From IMG/VR virus record IMGVR_UViG_3300038825_001787: a DNA stretch of 20,000 nt; one strand, given 5' to 3'. The position numbers were made by a program, and so were the translations under genes. Positions 8,071 through 16,270 of the stretch are shown here, one piece after another (the stretch's first letter is position 1; the number at the start of each line of letters is the position of its first letter). This stretch comes from an uncultured virus (IMG/VR IMGVR_UViG_3300038825_001787). Lineage: Duplodnaviria > Heunggongvirae > Uroviricota > Caudoviricetes. The notes below the pieces were generated by a model. The model searched no databases. It saw nothing but the letters and a program-made list of their open reading frames with translations, and was not told the origin of the DNA.

Positions 8071-8862
8071 ATGAGTACTAAAAGAGAAAATCAAAAAATA
8101 CCCACACGAGAAATCAATGGTGTCGACATACCATTAACAAAGATGGTCGACGCACAAAAGATGCTGACATCTCAAAGAGATGCTGTTTCTAAACTATTAG
8201 CCACCATAAAAGGTGCTTGTGAAGAATACTCAGGTTGGACAAGAGAATTTAGCGATAGTGATTTAACCCCACTTCGCACGACGAACTTTGTCAAACTAGT
8301 AAAGCAATCTGAAACAGACTTGAATGTACTTCAAGTATGGGATGGACAAAAGTGGATAAATGTACAACTTACTAAAATTGTACTGGAACCGAAGGTAGAC
8401 AAAGATGTCAAACCTTCATCGAAACAAATAAGCAAGAAATCGCCAATAGAGGTTCACAGGACCCAGATGGCTAAGAAAAAATACAAAGACCTCGGAGACG
8501 GACTAGACTTCAAAACAAAGTACGGTGTCGAGATAATGTTACTTGCAATTAATTGCTTCAAAGAGGCATACCAAATGGAACGACAAAAAGGAGGAGACTT
8601 AGGGTCTTTGACTTTGTTCTGGGAAGACTGCACCAAATATGTTAGAAACCATCAGAGCGTTAGTTCCGTCCTTACACCTGGATGGAAAAATGCTTTGCTA
8701 AAGTCGTTAATTGACGACGGATGGATTCTTGGCAGAAAAGACAAGGCTTTGACCGTAAAACCTTTTTCAAAAGGTATCGAAGGTTGGCCTAGTGGTGGAA
8801 AGTTACATCCTACTGTACTTGGAGAAGCACCAATTCGTATTACAAAATATATGAAAAAATGA
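8071..8862 (+). CDS. Hypothetical protein
   Basis: 263-aa ORF with motif-linked start. Confidence 0.8.
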   Translation: MSTKRENQKIPTREINGVDIPLTKMVDAQKMLTSQRDAVSKLLATIKGACEEYSGWTREFSDSDLTPLRTTNFVKLVKQSETDLNVLQVWDGQKWINVQLTKIVLEPKVDKDVKPSSKQISKKSPIEVHRTQMAKKKYKDLGDGLDFKTKYGVEIMLLAINCFKEAYQMERQKGGDLGSLTLFWEDCTKYVRNHQSVSSVLTPGWKNALLKSLIDDGWILGRKDKALTVKPFSKGIEGWPSGGKLHPTVLGEAPIRITKYMKK

Positions 8863-8880
8863 AACATTTGTTTCTACTAG

Positions 8881-9048
8881 ATGAGTTATAGAAAAAGACA
8901 AAAAATACATAACATAGTCGAATGTCCTAATGTATGTTGTAAACATAATACACACATGAATGTAGATGAATTCAGGTGTGTCGATTGTGTCACAAGAATA
9001 TACAATATCAAACAAATGCTACAAGATTTGATGGATAACTTGGACTAA
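8881..9048 (+). CDS. 55-aa putative zinc-binding protein
   Basis: Not in the ORF track. MSYRKRQKIHNIVECPNVCCKHNTHMNVDEFRCVDCVTRIY... with motif-linked ATG. Confidence 0.7.
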   Translation: MSYRKRQKIHNIVECPNVCCKHNTHMNVDEFRCVDCVTRIYNIKQMLQDLMDNLD

Positions 9049-9105
9049 AGACAACAACTATAAACCCCCAATTTAGGGTTCATATTGTTACTAGGAGAAC
9101 TTAAA

Positions 9106-9540
9106 ATGACAAAGCAAACCAAATTAAGCGACTTCCTCAAGGGAGTTGCAGAAGAAGACGAAAAGCACCGCACACCGAATGCCGAAATTGAAGATAGGGA
9201 AGACTTTAAGGCTGAATTTGACACAGTATATGAGAACTATATTGTGGAAAGTTACACCTCAGATATCCCTAGCAATTTCGATGATAAAACAAACACAGTT
9301 GTGAAATTGACAAGCCCCGCTGGAGACAAACTCCAAATGTGGGTTGGAAGTTACGAACAAGACCACTTTCACCAGAAAGTTGCTGCTTGGGAAAAACAAG
9401 GTCATGAACTACCAGTGAAAATATCATTTGCACGAATCAAGGTGCCGTCAAAGAAAGACCCAAGTAGGTCATACAACAGACTGAAGATTCAGACTGTTGC
9501 TCTTGGCCCAGATGTGGCTCAAGAATTACTTACACTTTGA
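9106..9540 (+). CDS. Hypothetical protein, possibly OB-fold ssDNA-binding
   Basis: ATG 9106 follows ACTAG-GAGAACTTAAA, which contains an SD-like GGAG. Beta-rich pattern with an acidic N-terminal segment. The fold call is a guess. Confidence 0.75.
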   Translation: MTKQTKLSDFLKGVAEEDEKHRTPNAEIEDREDFKAEFDTVYENYIVESYTSDIPSNFDDKTNTVVKLTSPAGDKLQMWVGSYEQDHFHQKVAAWEKQGHELPVKISFARIKVPSKKDPSRSYNRLKIQTVALGPDVAQELLTL

Positions 9541-9560
9541 GGTTAACGACCTCTTACTAG

Positions 9561-9809
9561 ATGGATAAGAAAAACCAAAAGCAATGTTGCTATGAATGCA
9601 ACAAAGAACTAACCGAAGCAGAATCATACCGAGTCCCTACCGACTCAGGAAGTGTGAGAGGGCGACAGGTTAAACCAAGAGGAAGAGATCGATTTGAAAT
9701 CATAGCAGATTACCATGTTTGGAACAATCTATGCTATGGTTGCTTTATCGCTTATTCCGGCTTCGACAATGAAGGTAGACCAGCAGTGGTCCAACTTTCA
9801 GAAGCGTGA
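9561..9809 (+). CDS. Small zinc-finger protein
   Basis: CYEC...CYGC pairs. Motif-linked start. Confidence 0.75.
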   Translation: MDKKNQKQCCYECNKELTEAESYRVPTDSGSVRGRQVKPRGRDRFEIIADYHVWNNLCYGCFIAYSGFDNEGRPAVVQLSEA

Positions 9810-9829
9810 GGCTTTGAGCCTCTTACTAG

Positions 9830-10699
9830 ATGAGTAACTTTGAAAGTGAAAATGAAATGGAGGAAAGAATGACAAGAAGATCCTGCTCGGATTGCGGATG
9901 CAAAATGAGTAGGGTACCTAAGAAAGGAAGGCCAAACAGAATCGGTTTGAGAACAAATGGTGTAAATATGCACTATATGTTAAAAACTGCTTTGTGGTTT
10001 GAAATAAACCAAGCATACCGAGGATTGTTGTGCCTAACATGTGCACAAATAAGACTTGGTAGAAAGTTTGTTCCAACCGATTTTAAGCCCGTACCAATTA
10101 ATTTTGCGAAGGGTGGAGCATTGGCTACACTGTTCCCAGGTGAATTTACAGCCCACATGGTTGCATTCGTTGGGGAAGAAACCGTAGAAGAGCAAGATGA
10201 AGCGAGAAGGCTTGTAGATGCTCACTATAAATCACTTGAATCAAAAAACACGACCCCTTCGAAAGAGGAAGTTGCTGTTGATTTAACTCCAGAAGAAAAT
10301 AATTCTGAAACTGAAACTGAAACTAAACCTAAAAGTAAAGGTAAGTCCAAGAAAAAAACTACGACATCGAAGAAAACCAAGAAAGCAATGGATGACCTCA
10401 AGAAAAATAAGAGAGTCTTTACTAATGCCATCTATGGTTGGGATGTCAAAGACAGAAAGTTGTACCCAAACTGGGATGAACAAAACAATATTGATTGGAT
10501 GAAAAAACAATTAGGCTTTGGAATACCTGCTGCAGAAATAGCAAAGACACTGAATATAAACGACTGTCGCGGAAAGCGTGGCGGTAAGTGGAATAGTTCT
10601 GGTGTATTGCGTACAGTCAAATACGACATCCATGCAGATAGGGATGAGTCTGAAGCACCAAGGTGGTTCAGAAAGCGTTCCGGTAACAGAATAAGATAG
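9830..10699 (+). CDS. Fusion of a phage-type Zn-binding domain and a serine-recombinase 'Recombinase' DNA-binding domain; no catalytic resolvase domain
   Basis: N-terminal CSDC...YML...LW...LLCLTC...RLGR...DF..VPIN. C-terminal YGW...LYPNWDEQ...G....EIAKTLN....RGKRGGKW....V.R. Confidence 0.75.
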   Translation: MSNFESENEMEERMTRRSCSDCGCKMSRVPKKGRPNRIGLRTNGVNMHYMLKTALWFEINQAYRGLLCLTCAQIRLGRKFVPTDFKPVPINFAKGGALATLFPGEFTAHMVAFVGEETVEEQDEARRLVDAHYKSLESKNTTPSKEEVAVDLTPEENNSETETETKPKSKGKSKKKTTTSKKTKKAMDDLKKNKRVFTNAIYGWDVKDRKLYPNWDEQNNIDWMKKQLGFGIPAAEIAKTLNINDCRGKRGGKWNSSGVLRTVKYDIHADRDESEAPRWFRKRSGNRIR

Positions 10700-10717
10700 G
10701 CAATACTGCCTTACTAG

Positions 10718-11791
10718 ATGACAAAAAAAACAGACAAGAGGCGCAAGAGATTCAAATCTAGTGCGTCTAAAAAGAAAACATCAACAAAAACAACAACAAA
10801 AAAACCAAAGTCAGATCCGATATGGGATCGACTATGGACTCGAGAGGCAATTTTGGCCCATGCGTGGGTTGTCGCTGATCATATATTTGACAGCGATGAC
10901 GCACAATTGATTGATATCGGTATAACTTCTAGTTATACAGAATCAAATGACAACAGAAAGGTCTATCGATTAAAGAACAAGGAAAAGAAAAATCTATCTT
11001 TGGAAAAACATATTACAGTTCCAGCAGGTGGTATATCGCTCGAAAGTGCATTATATACCGGACACTGGAAGGACTTTGTGAATATTGTTGTTAAGATGAT
11101 TACTGGCTATTCCCCCATCACTGATGAGTGGGATAGTAGGTATGATTCTAAGGCACCGGACTTAAGAAGTGTTGCAACTAAGCGATATTTTAGAGTCAAA
11201 CGACTTTTGGAAGAATCCATAGAATCAATAATTTACTTGAGATACTATGACGCAAAGAAGGAATTCTCTGCAAAATTTCCAGAGTTTAAAACCAGATACT
11301 TAGATAAAATAAGTTTTGGTGACAAGGTGATAGATAAAACTACACTACCTTACAAAACACTACACAGATGCAGGAAAAAACAATGCCATGGATTGTGTTT
11401 TAAATCGACCCTAAAGAAATTAAAGAACAGGGATGAAGACGGTAGTACCGGAGCACAAGCATACCTCATTGCAAGGGCACATGAACTTGCCCTGCACAGT
11501 AGAATGACAAAAGACATATACAATTATGCACTATACGGCGACAGAACTATATTCCGTAACGAGGATTCTAGATTCTGGGATCTTTTTGACAAAGATCATC
11601 TTATAGATGCCTCATTTAGTGAAAGCGTAATTGCCACATATGTAATTATTTTTCTAACCAATGACAAAGGTACTGTACCACCTGGATATCCAGTTGGTAA
11701 GGAAGCAGACCGTATCCGTAAAATGTTTAATAAAATTTTATCGGACGCAAAAGACTCCTACCCTAAATTAAAGGGTAAGGTGCGTAGGTAA
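10718..11791 (+). CDS. Hypothetical protein with basic N-terminal tail
   Basis: 357-aa ORF with motif-linked start. Confidence 0.8.
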   Translation: MTKKTDKRRKRFKSSASKKKTSTKTTTKKPKSDPIWDRLWTREAILAHAWVVADHIFDSDDAQLIDIGITSSYTESNDNRKVYRLKNKEKKNLSLEKHITVPAGGISLESALYTGHWKDFVNIVVKMITGYSPITDEWDSRYDSKAPDLRSVATKRYFRVKRLLEESIESIIYLRYYDAKKEFSAKFPEFKTRYLDKISFGDKVIDKTTLPYKTLHRCRKKQCHGLCFKSTLKKLKNRDEDGSTGAQAYLIARAHELALHSRMTKDIYNYALYGDRTIFRNEDSRFWDLFDKDHLIDASFSESVIATYVIIFLTNDKGTVPPGYPVGKEADRIRKMFNKILSDAKDSYPKLKGKVRR

Positions 11792-11806
11792 TCTTGATGC
11801 TTAACT

Positions 11807-11837
11807 CACCAACCTAGAAATAGGTTGGTGTTTTTTT
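11807..11837 (+). terminator. Intrinsic-terminator-like hairpin
   Basis: CACCAACCTA-GAAA-TAGGTTGGTG (10-bp perfect stem) followed by T7. Confidence 0.75.
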
Positions 11838-11847
11838 ATCTTACTAG

Positions 11848-12066
11848 ATGAGAGGAATAAAGACCCGAACCAGAGCACTTGATGCCTGCGCGAACATACT
11901 AAAGCAAACTGCTAGACCTATGTCTTCGTCAGAACTGATTGGTGCTATGATAAGTAAAAACCCTAGAAGTACAAGATGGGCGCCACAGGCGCAAGCATTG
12001 AGTAATTGGCTAAGGGGAGATCAAAGGTTTCAATCCTTTGGTAGAAAGCAGTGGAAACTAAAATAA
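11848..12066 (+). CDS. Winged-helix protein (HARE-HTH-like)
   Basis: ILKQTARPMSSSELI...ALSNWLRGDQRFQSFGRKQWKL matches the wHTH pattern. Confidence 0.72.
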   Translation: MRGIKTRTRALDACANILKQTARPMSSSELIGAMISKNPRSTRWAPQAQALSNWLRGDQRFQSFGRKQWKLK

Positions 12067-12230
12067 CCACTTACTAGATGAAGAAAATATACGGAGACAC
12101 TTACCTTAGTGTTGAAGAAGAATTCGCCGCTATAAACAAATTAGCAGAAATAAATGCTAAAGAGTTTTTAGTTGAAATAATACACTTATTTCCAAACAGT
12201 GGAAACTAAAATAACCACTTACTAGATGAA
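12049..12230 (+). repeat. 34-bp exact direct repeat (12049-12082 and 12197-12230) flanking a small ORF
   Basis: CAGTGGAAACTAAAATAACCACTTACTAGATGAA occurs twice. Confidence 0.95.
12078..12209 (+). CDS. 43-aa hypothetical protein
   Basis: Not in the ORF track. MKKIYGDTYLSVEEEFAAINKLAEINAKEFLVEIIHLFPNSGN, with motif-linked start and the stop in the next hairpin. Confidence 0.6.
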   Translation: MKKIYGDTYLSVEEEFAAINKLAEINAKEFLVEIIHLFPNSGN

Positions 12231-12729
12231 AAGGAGATACAGTCCTAACAGGAACAGAAGAAAAGGTACAACACTAAAGAAGAGCCGAGAATGGCTCAAG
12301 AAAAAAGTGCATTGTAATTATTGTGGTGACGAGATAGAAACACTCGTTGATAAAAAGGCCAAAGGGCCATTTTACCATAATGACTTATGTGAGCAGGCTT
12401 GGGAATCAGAGCAATCTGGTGGACCCGTGCTTGCTTCTTCTAAAAACTATCACGACATAGAAGATGATACTTTGTGGCGTGAATTGAGTTATACCAAAAC
12501 AGAAAGTGCAGAAGATGCACTTCATAACATGATAAGTGAAAGAAGAATTGAAGTTGCAAAGCGCAAAGGCTACCCCATAATGGGGTGGCAAACGCCAAAA
12601 CACACCGCCTTTTCTTTTAATCACAAAGGCGATGCAATACACTCTGCTGTCGACAAAGATGCTCTTTCTGAGCAACTTAAAGAGCAGCAAGTTAGCGTAT
12701 TGTGGCTACGTAGTTACCTGAGAAGGTAA
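12226..12729 (+). CDS. Hypothetical protein with CxxC...HxxxC metal-binding motif
   Basis: 167-aa ORF with CNYC...HNDLC. Motif-linked start. Confidence 0.78.
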   Translation: MKRRYSPNRNRRKGTTLKKSREWLKKKVHCNYCGDEIETLVDKKAKGPFYHNDLCEQAWESEQSGGPVLASSKNYHDIEDDTLWRELSYTKTESAEDALHNMISERRIEVAKRKGYPIMGWQTPKHTAFSFNHKGDAIHSAVDKDALSEQLKEQQVSVLWLRSYLRR

Positions 12730-12740
12730 TGCGTTACTAG

Positions 12741-13589
12741 ATGTATAATGAAGATAACATTAAAGAAAAGAGATTACAAATAACGACTTTGACCGAAGAA
12801 GAACACGAGAAACTCAGAAACTTAACACTTTCTGAAGTAAAGGTTACTCCGGTCTGCATGGGTGCAAAAGTTGGTTGTCACTTGGCCGAATGGCCTAGTG
12901 GTAGAACCGGCAAAGCGCACTTCTGTAACGGTGATGGATTAGATGTTAATTACTATGTATTACTTAGTGACAACTCTAACGATGAACTAATTCGTGCTCA
13001 CGCAGTGGGTAAATGTAATCATACACACTTGGATATTGCCAGAAGAAATATTGATGGCAAAAACAAAAGACAAAGAAAAAAGGACATGAAAGCCGCATTC
13101 AAAGATTTGAGGGAACTCATTCTTTTAGTCGGCAGCAACTTAGAACAATTCTATACCGCTTGGCGTATTTCACTACGACCAAGTGATAAAGAGTTCTTTG
13201 AACTGTTTATGGACTACAAGCGAGACATGGCGCTGGCAGAATGTTTGGTGATGCTTAATTCGGAAGAATACCGCAACACTGTACCACGATTACCAGAAGA
13301 AAGTGACTTTGCTTGGGACAAGAGATTTAGACAACAGGCTGTATTGCACTTAGATGCTATACAAGAACTAGCAACAGGAAGTTATGCTGAATTCCAAATG
13401 GATGAAGAAGACTATGCTAATCTAACTGCTGCTATTAGAGTCTCTATGGTTCAACTAAAAAATCAACGTTCTTTGAACAATTGTTTTTTGAAGTTTAATA
13501 GCGAATCTGCACTTGCTCTTTTCATTGAGCGAGCAGGATACGGACACTTAATGTCTGATGATATTAAACAAAGATGGTTAGGAGAATAA
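12741..13589 (+). CDS. Hypothetical protein
   Basis: 282-aa ORF with a Cys/His-rich N-terminal half. Motif-linked start. Confidence 0.8.
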   Translation: MYNEDNIKEKRLQITTLTEEEHEKLRNLTLSEVKVTPVCMGAKVGCHLAEWPSGRTGKAHFCNGDGLDVNYYVLLSDNSNDELIRAHAVGKCNHTHLDIARRNIDGKNKRQRKKDMKAAFKDLRELILLVGSNLEQFYTAWRISLRPSDKEFFELFMDYKRDMALAECLVMLNSEEYRNTVPRLPEESDFAWDKRFRQQAVLHLDAIQELATGSYAEFQMDEEDYANLTAAIRVSMVQLKNQRSLNNCFLKFNSESALALFIERAGYGHLMSDDIKQRWLGE

Positions 13590-13605
13590 GCCTGACTATT
13601 ACTAG

Positions 13606-13956
13606 ATGACTACAAAAAAATGTAAAGAATGTGAAAAAGAATTCACACTGACACAACCTGCCCAAAAATACTGCTCGGATGAATGCCGAGGTATTAGCAG
13701 GAAGACTTACATGAAAGAAATGATGGCTCTGAGAAGAGAGATTTTGTTTTTTGAAATGATGAATAGTACCGCGAAGGATGTACCAATACCAGACGACCAA
13801 GAATTAATGGTTGCTTGGTATAAAACACCTGGGTTACTAGAATTTATCAGGAATTGTATAAAGGAAGGCCAACGAGTAGTTGGCATCCAAATAACCAGGA
13901 ACGAAACAGGAATTGTTGTCGTACCCGATGGTTTAATTAACGCCTCAGAAGACTGA
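13606..13956 (+). CDS. Protein with N-terminal CxxC...YCSxxC (TRASH/treble-clef-like) zinc finger
   Basis: KKCKECEKEF...QKYCSDECR. Confidence 0.78.
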   Translation: MTTKKCKECEKEFTLTQPAQKYCSDECRGISRKTYMKEMMALRREILFFEMMNSTAKDVPIPDDQELMVAWYKTPGLLEFIRNCIKEGQRVVGIQITRNETGIVVVPDGLINASED

Positions 13957-13966
13957 GGTTTACTAG

Positions 13967-14137
13967 ATGCGTAAAATAGATACTAAAGCATATCAACCAC
14001 ATACTTTTGGTGGCGCAGCACGATTCGTGCTTGACGCCCCTGAAATATTGGCAGCCCTCGATGAAGGGTACGAAGAAATTCGGCAATTAAAGGCCGAGAA
14101 TACGAGACTCAAATCTCAACTACCTACTAATGAGTAG
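13967..14137 (+). CDS. 56-aa protein related to 15969-16244
   Basis: Not in the ORF track. MRKIDTKAYQPHTFGGAARFVLDAPEILAALDEGYEEIRQLK... with motif-linked start. Confidence 0.7.
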   Translation: MRKIDTKAYQPHTFGGAARFVLDAPEILAALDEGYEEIRQLKAENTRLKSQLPTNE

Positions 14138-14145
14138 GCTACTAG

Positions 14146-14478
14146 ATGAATGAATCAACGGAAGTAAAAACAGAAAAAGAACTAGTTGCCGAACTTGACG
14201 AATACACCGCAACAATGCGGCAAATTCGCAAGTTAGATGCTAGCAGGATGAAAATAAAACAATCTTTTCATGCTAGTTTAGTACCTGGACAGGAAATGGT
14301 TGGTCACTATCAGATAAAATCTGATAACATAGAAACAACCAGAATGAAGTCCGTAGAAGCATGCCGAGCAGAATTAATTGGACTTGGATATGATGAAAAA
14401 GAAATCATGAAAATAATGTCCAAATTAATTAACTACGGTGTAAGCAGACAGTTCTTAGTTAAATACGACCCCCAATGA
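14146..14478 (+). CDS. Hypothetical protein
   Basis: 110-aa ORF with motif-linked start. Confidence 0.75.
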   Translation: MNESTEVKTEKELVAELDEYTATMRQIRKLDASRMKIKQSFHASLVPGQEMVGHYQIKSDNIETTRMKSVEACRAELIGLGYDEKEIMKIMSKLINYGVSRQFLVKYDPQ

Positions 14479-14508
14479 GTTAAAAAGAAAACTCAAATGG
14501 GCTACTAG

Positions 14509-14808
14509 ATGGAAGAAAAAGACTGGCAACCGAGCATATCGGATATAGAATGGACACGACGTACAATAGATACTTTGGTGGAAGAAGGAGCATGGGGTAT
14601 ACCCTCTGCAAATGTCTTACTAAAAGTATCAAAGATAAACAAAAGATACGGAATAAGTCCAATAAAAGACAGATCACTTAATCAAAATGAGACAGCCCTC
14701 CTAATTCGCACAGTTAAAACAATGAAAAAACTGGATTACGAAATAGGTGCTGTCGAAGGTGGAATAGCATTCCACTCTGGAATCAGTGTCATCTTTAAGG
14801 TGGCTTGA
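14509..14808 (+). CDS. Hypothetical protein
   Basis: 99-aa ORF with motif-linked start. Confidence 0.75.
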   Translation: MEEKDWQPSISDIEWTRRTIDTLVEEGAWGIPSANVLLKVSKINKRYGISPIKDRSLNQNETALLIRTVKTMKKLDYEIGAVEGGIAFHSGISVIFKVA

Positions 14809-14818
14809 TTCTTACTAG

Positions 14819-15040
14819 ATGCGAAACATACACAAAGAATACGAAACAGTACATACTGTACTAATATATTTAGAGAATGTGAACACACTAGATGTCCTGA
14901 TAAGAGCAGGAGATCCAATGTTACGAAGTCATTACGAAGAACAATACGTAGGTCTAAAACCAAGTGAACTTTGGTTCAGATTAGACATAGAACATCGTAA
15001 GAATATCGTAAGAGATGCTATTGACTATTATACTAAATAG
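14819..15040 (+). CDS. Hypothetical protein
   Basis: 73-aa ORF with motif-linked start. Confidence 0.7.
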   Translation: MRNIHKEYETVHTVLIYLENVNTLDVLIRAGDPMLRSHYEEQYVGLKPSELWFRLDIEHRKNIVRDAIDYYTK

Positions 15041-15062
15041 CACTGGGCTGACGCCTTACTAG

Positions 15063-15413
15063 ATGAGAAAACGTGGAACGTTAAATGAAAGAGACCCCTT
15101 TACAACCGAAGTTGAAATCAACGAGCCCGATAGGATTCGTTGGCCAATTAGGTGTAGAGCGGTTATCGACACGGGTGCGACAAGAACTTCTATTGATGAA
15201 GGATTGGCTCGCACACTGAATCTCAAACCCGCTGGTCGGGTTAGAGTAAGAAATGCAATGGGAGTACAAAAAAGGAAACTAGTTTGGCTACAAATAGATG
15301 TCTTTAATGAAACAATTATACTAAAGGCTTCTATTACTAATAGATCTAAACTATCCTGTCCTATACTTATAGGAAGAGATATACTACATAATGCATATGA
15401 GGAGGAAGAATGA
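15063..15413 (+). CDS. Retropepsin-like (clan AA) aspartic protease
   Basis: AVIDTGATRTSID catalytic motif and C-terminal ILIGRDIL. Confidence 0.85.
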   Translation: MRKRGTLNERDPFTTEVEINEPDRIRWPIRCRAVIDTGATRTSIDEGLARTLNLKPAGRVRVRNAMGVQKRKLVWLQIDVFNETIILKASITNRSKLSCPILIGRDILHNAYEEEE

Positions 15414-15538
15414 TGAAAGAAATTGACCCCGAAGAAGGACACCCACAAGACCTCATCGTGTTGAAGCGATGTGAATTGGTTGCAGGTTACACATATTTGG
15501 TGGAAGAAGTCATCCCACATAAAGTGGAAGAAGAATAA
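15410..15538 (+). CDS. 42-aa hypothetical protein, translationally coupled
   Basis: Not in the ORF track. ATGA overlap with the protease stop and SD-like GAGGAGG upstream. No ACTAG site at its start. Confidence 0.5.
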   Translation: MMKEIDPEEGHPQDLIVLKRCELVAGYTYLVEEVIPHKVEEE

Positions 15539-15976
15539 CCCTCTACTAGATGAATGATGAAGAATTATTCGAGAAAATAAATAACAAGGAAGTAACTAAT
15601 GAATCAATAACCATACCAATAATCGGCCAAGGTCGAGAATTGGTGATATGGGCAATTGAGAGCAAAGAGGAATTACCCGAACACTTGTCACATAGTGATG
15701 CTTGTGGTTGGGTGGTCGTTGAACGACAGGATGATGGTGGTGAATTTATTCACATCATTTTTTACAAACGCGACGACAACCCAGTTTACGAAGCAGGGGT
15801 AATCGCTCATGAGTGCTTACACGTGCTCAGACTACTTCACGAAAACACCGGTCAGAACTTCAATTTGAAGAAGGGAGATGACGAGTTCTCAGCCTACATA
15901 TTACAGTGGCTAGTAGAACAATGTTACCTAAAACTGACAAACCATGAGGAAGAATAACCCTCTACTAGATGAATGA
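15530..15976 (+). repeat. 28-bp exact direct repeat (15530-15557 and 15949-15976) flanking the HExxH gene
   Basis: GAAGAATAACCCTCTACTAGATGAATGA occurs twice. Confidence 0.93.
15550..15957 (+). CDS. HExxH (zincin-like) phage protein
   Basis: VIAHECLHV followed by DDEFSAYILQWL. Confidence 0.75.
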   Translation: MNDEELFEKINNKEVTNESITIPIIGQGRELVIWAIESKEELPEHLSHSDACGWVVVERQDDGGEFIHIIFYKRDDNPVYEAGVIAHECLHVLRLLHENTGQNFNLKKGDDEFSAYILQWLVEQCYLKLTNHEEE

Positions 15977-16244
15977 GAAAATTGATTTATCAAGATATGA
16001 AGGACATACAGAAGGGCCGTGGGCATGGGAGAGAGGAGCATTGAATGTTCTTCATGTGAAAGACAGCGAGCCTATGCACACTCTACTTCACGATGAAAAG
16101 AAGGATGTTGATGCACAACTCATAGCAGACGCGCCACTTCTCTTAGAAGAAGTCAAGCGGTTGAGATACATCGTGGATAGCATTCCTGATGAGGTGTGGA
16201 AAGACATGGAGACATGGGAAGCGATGAAGGGAGTGATTGAATGA
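15969..16244 (+). CDS. Phage protein of the HTxGPW...A.LIA.AP.LL type (Ead/Ea22-like)
   Basis: GHTEGPWAW...DAQLIADAPLLLEEVKRLR. Confidence 0.78.
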   Translation: MNEKIDLSRYEGHTEGPWAWERGALNVLHVKDSEPMHTLLHDEKKDVDAQLIADAPLLLEEVKRLRYIVDSIPDEVWKDMETWEAMKGVIE

Positions 16245-16270
16245 CCTTCATGGGCTAACGCCCTACTAGA

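Noticed and set aside
9059..9064. TATAAA as an archaeal TATA box
   Set aside because: Single instance embedded in a junction hairpin, with no equivalent at other sites. It cannot be supported, although the spacing to 9094 is roughly compatible.
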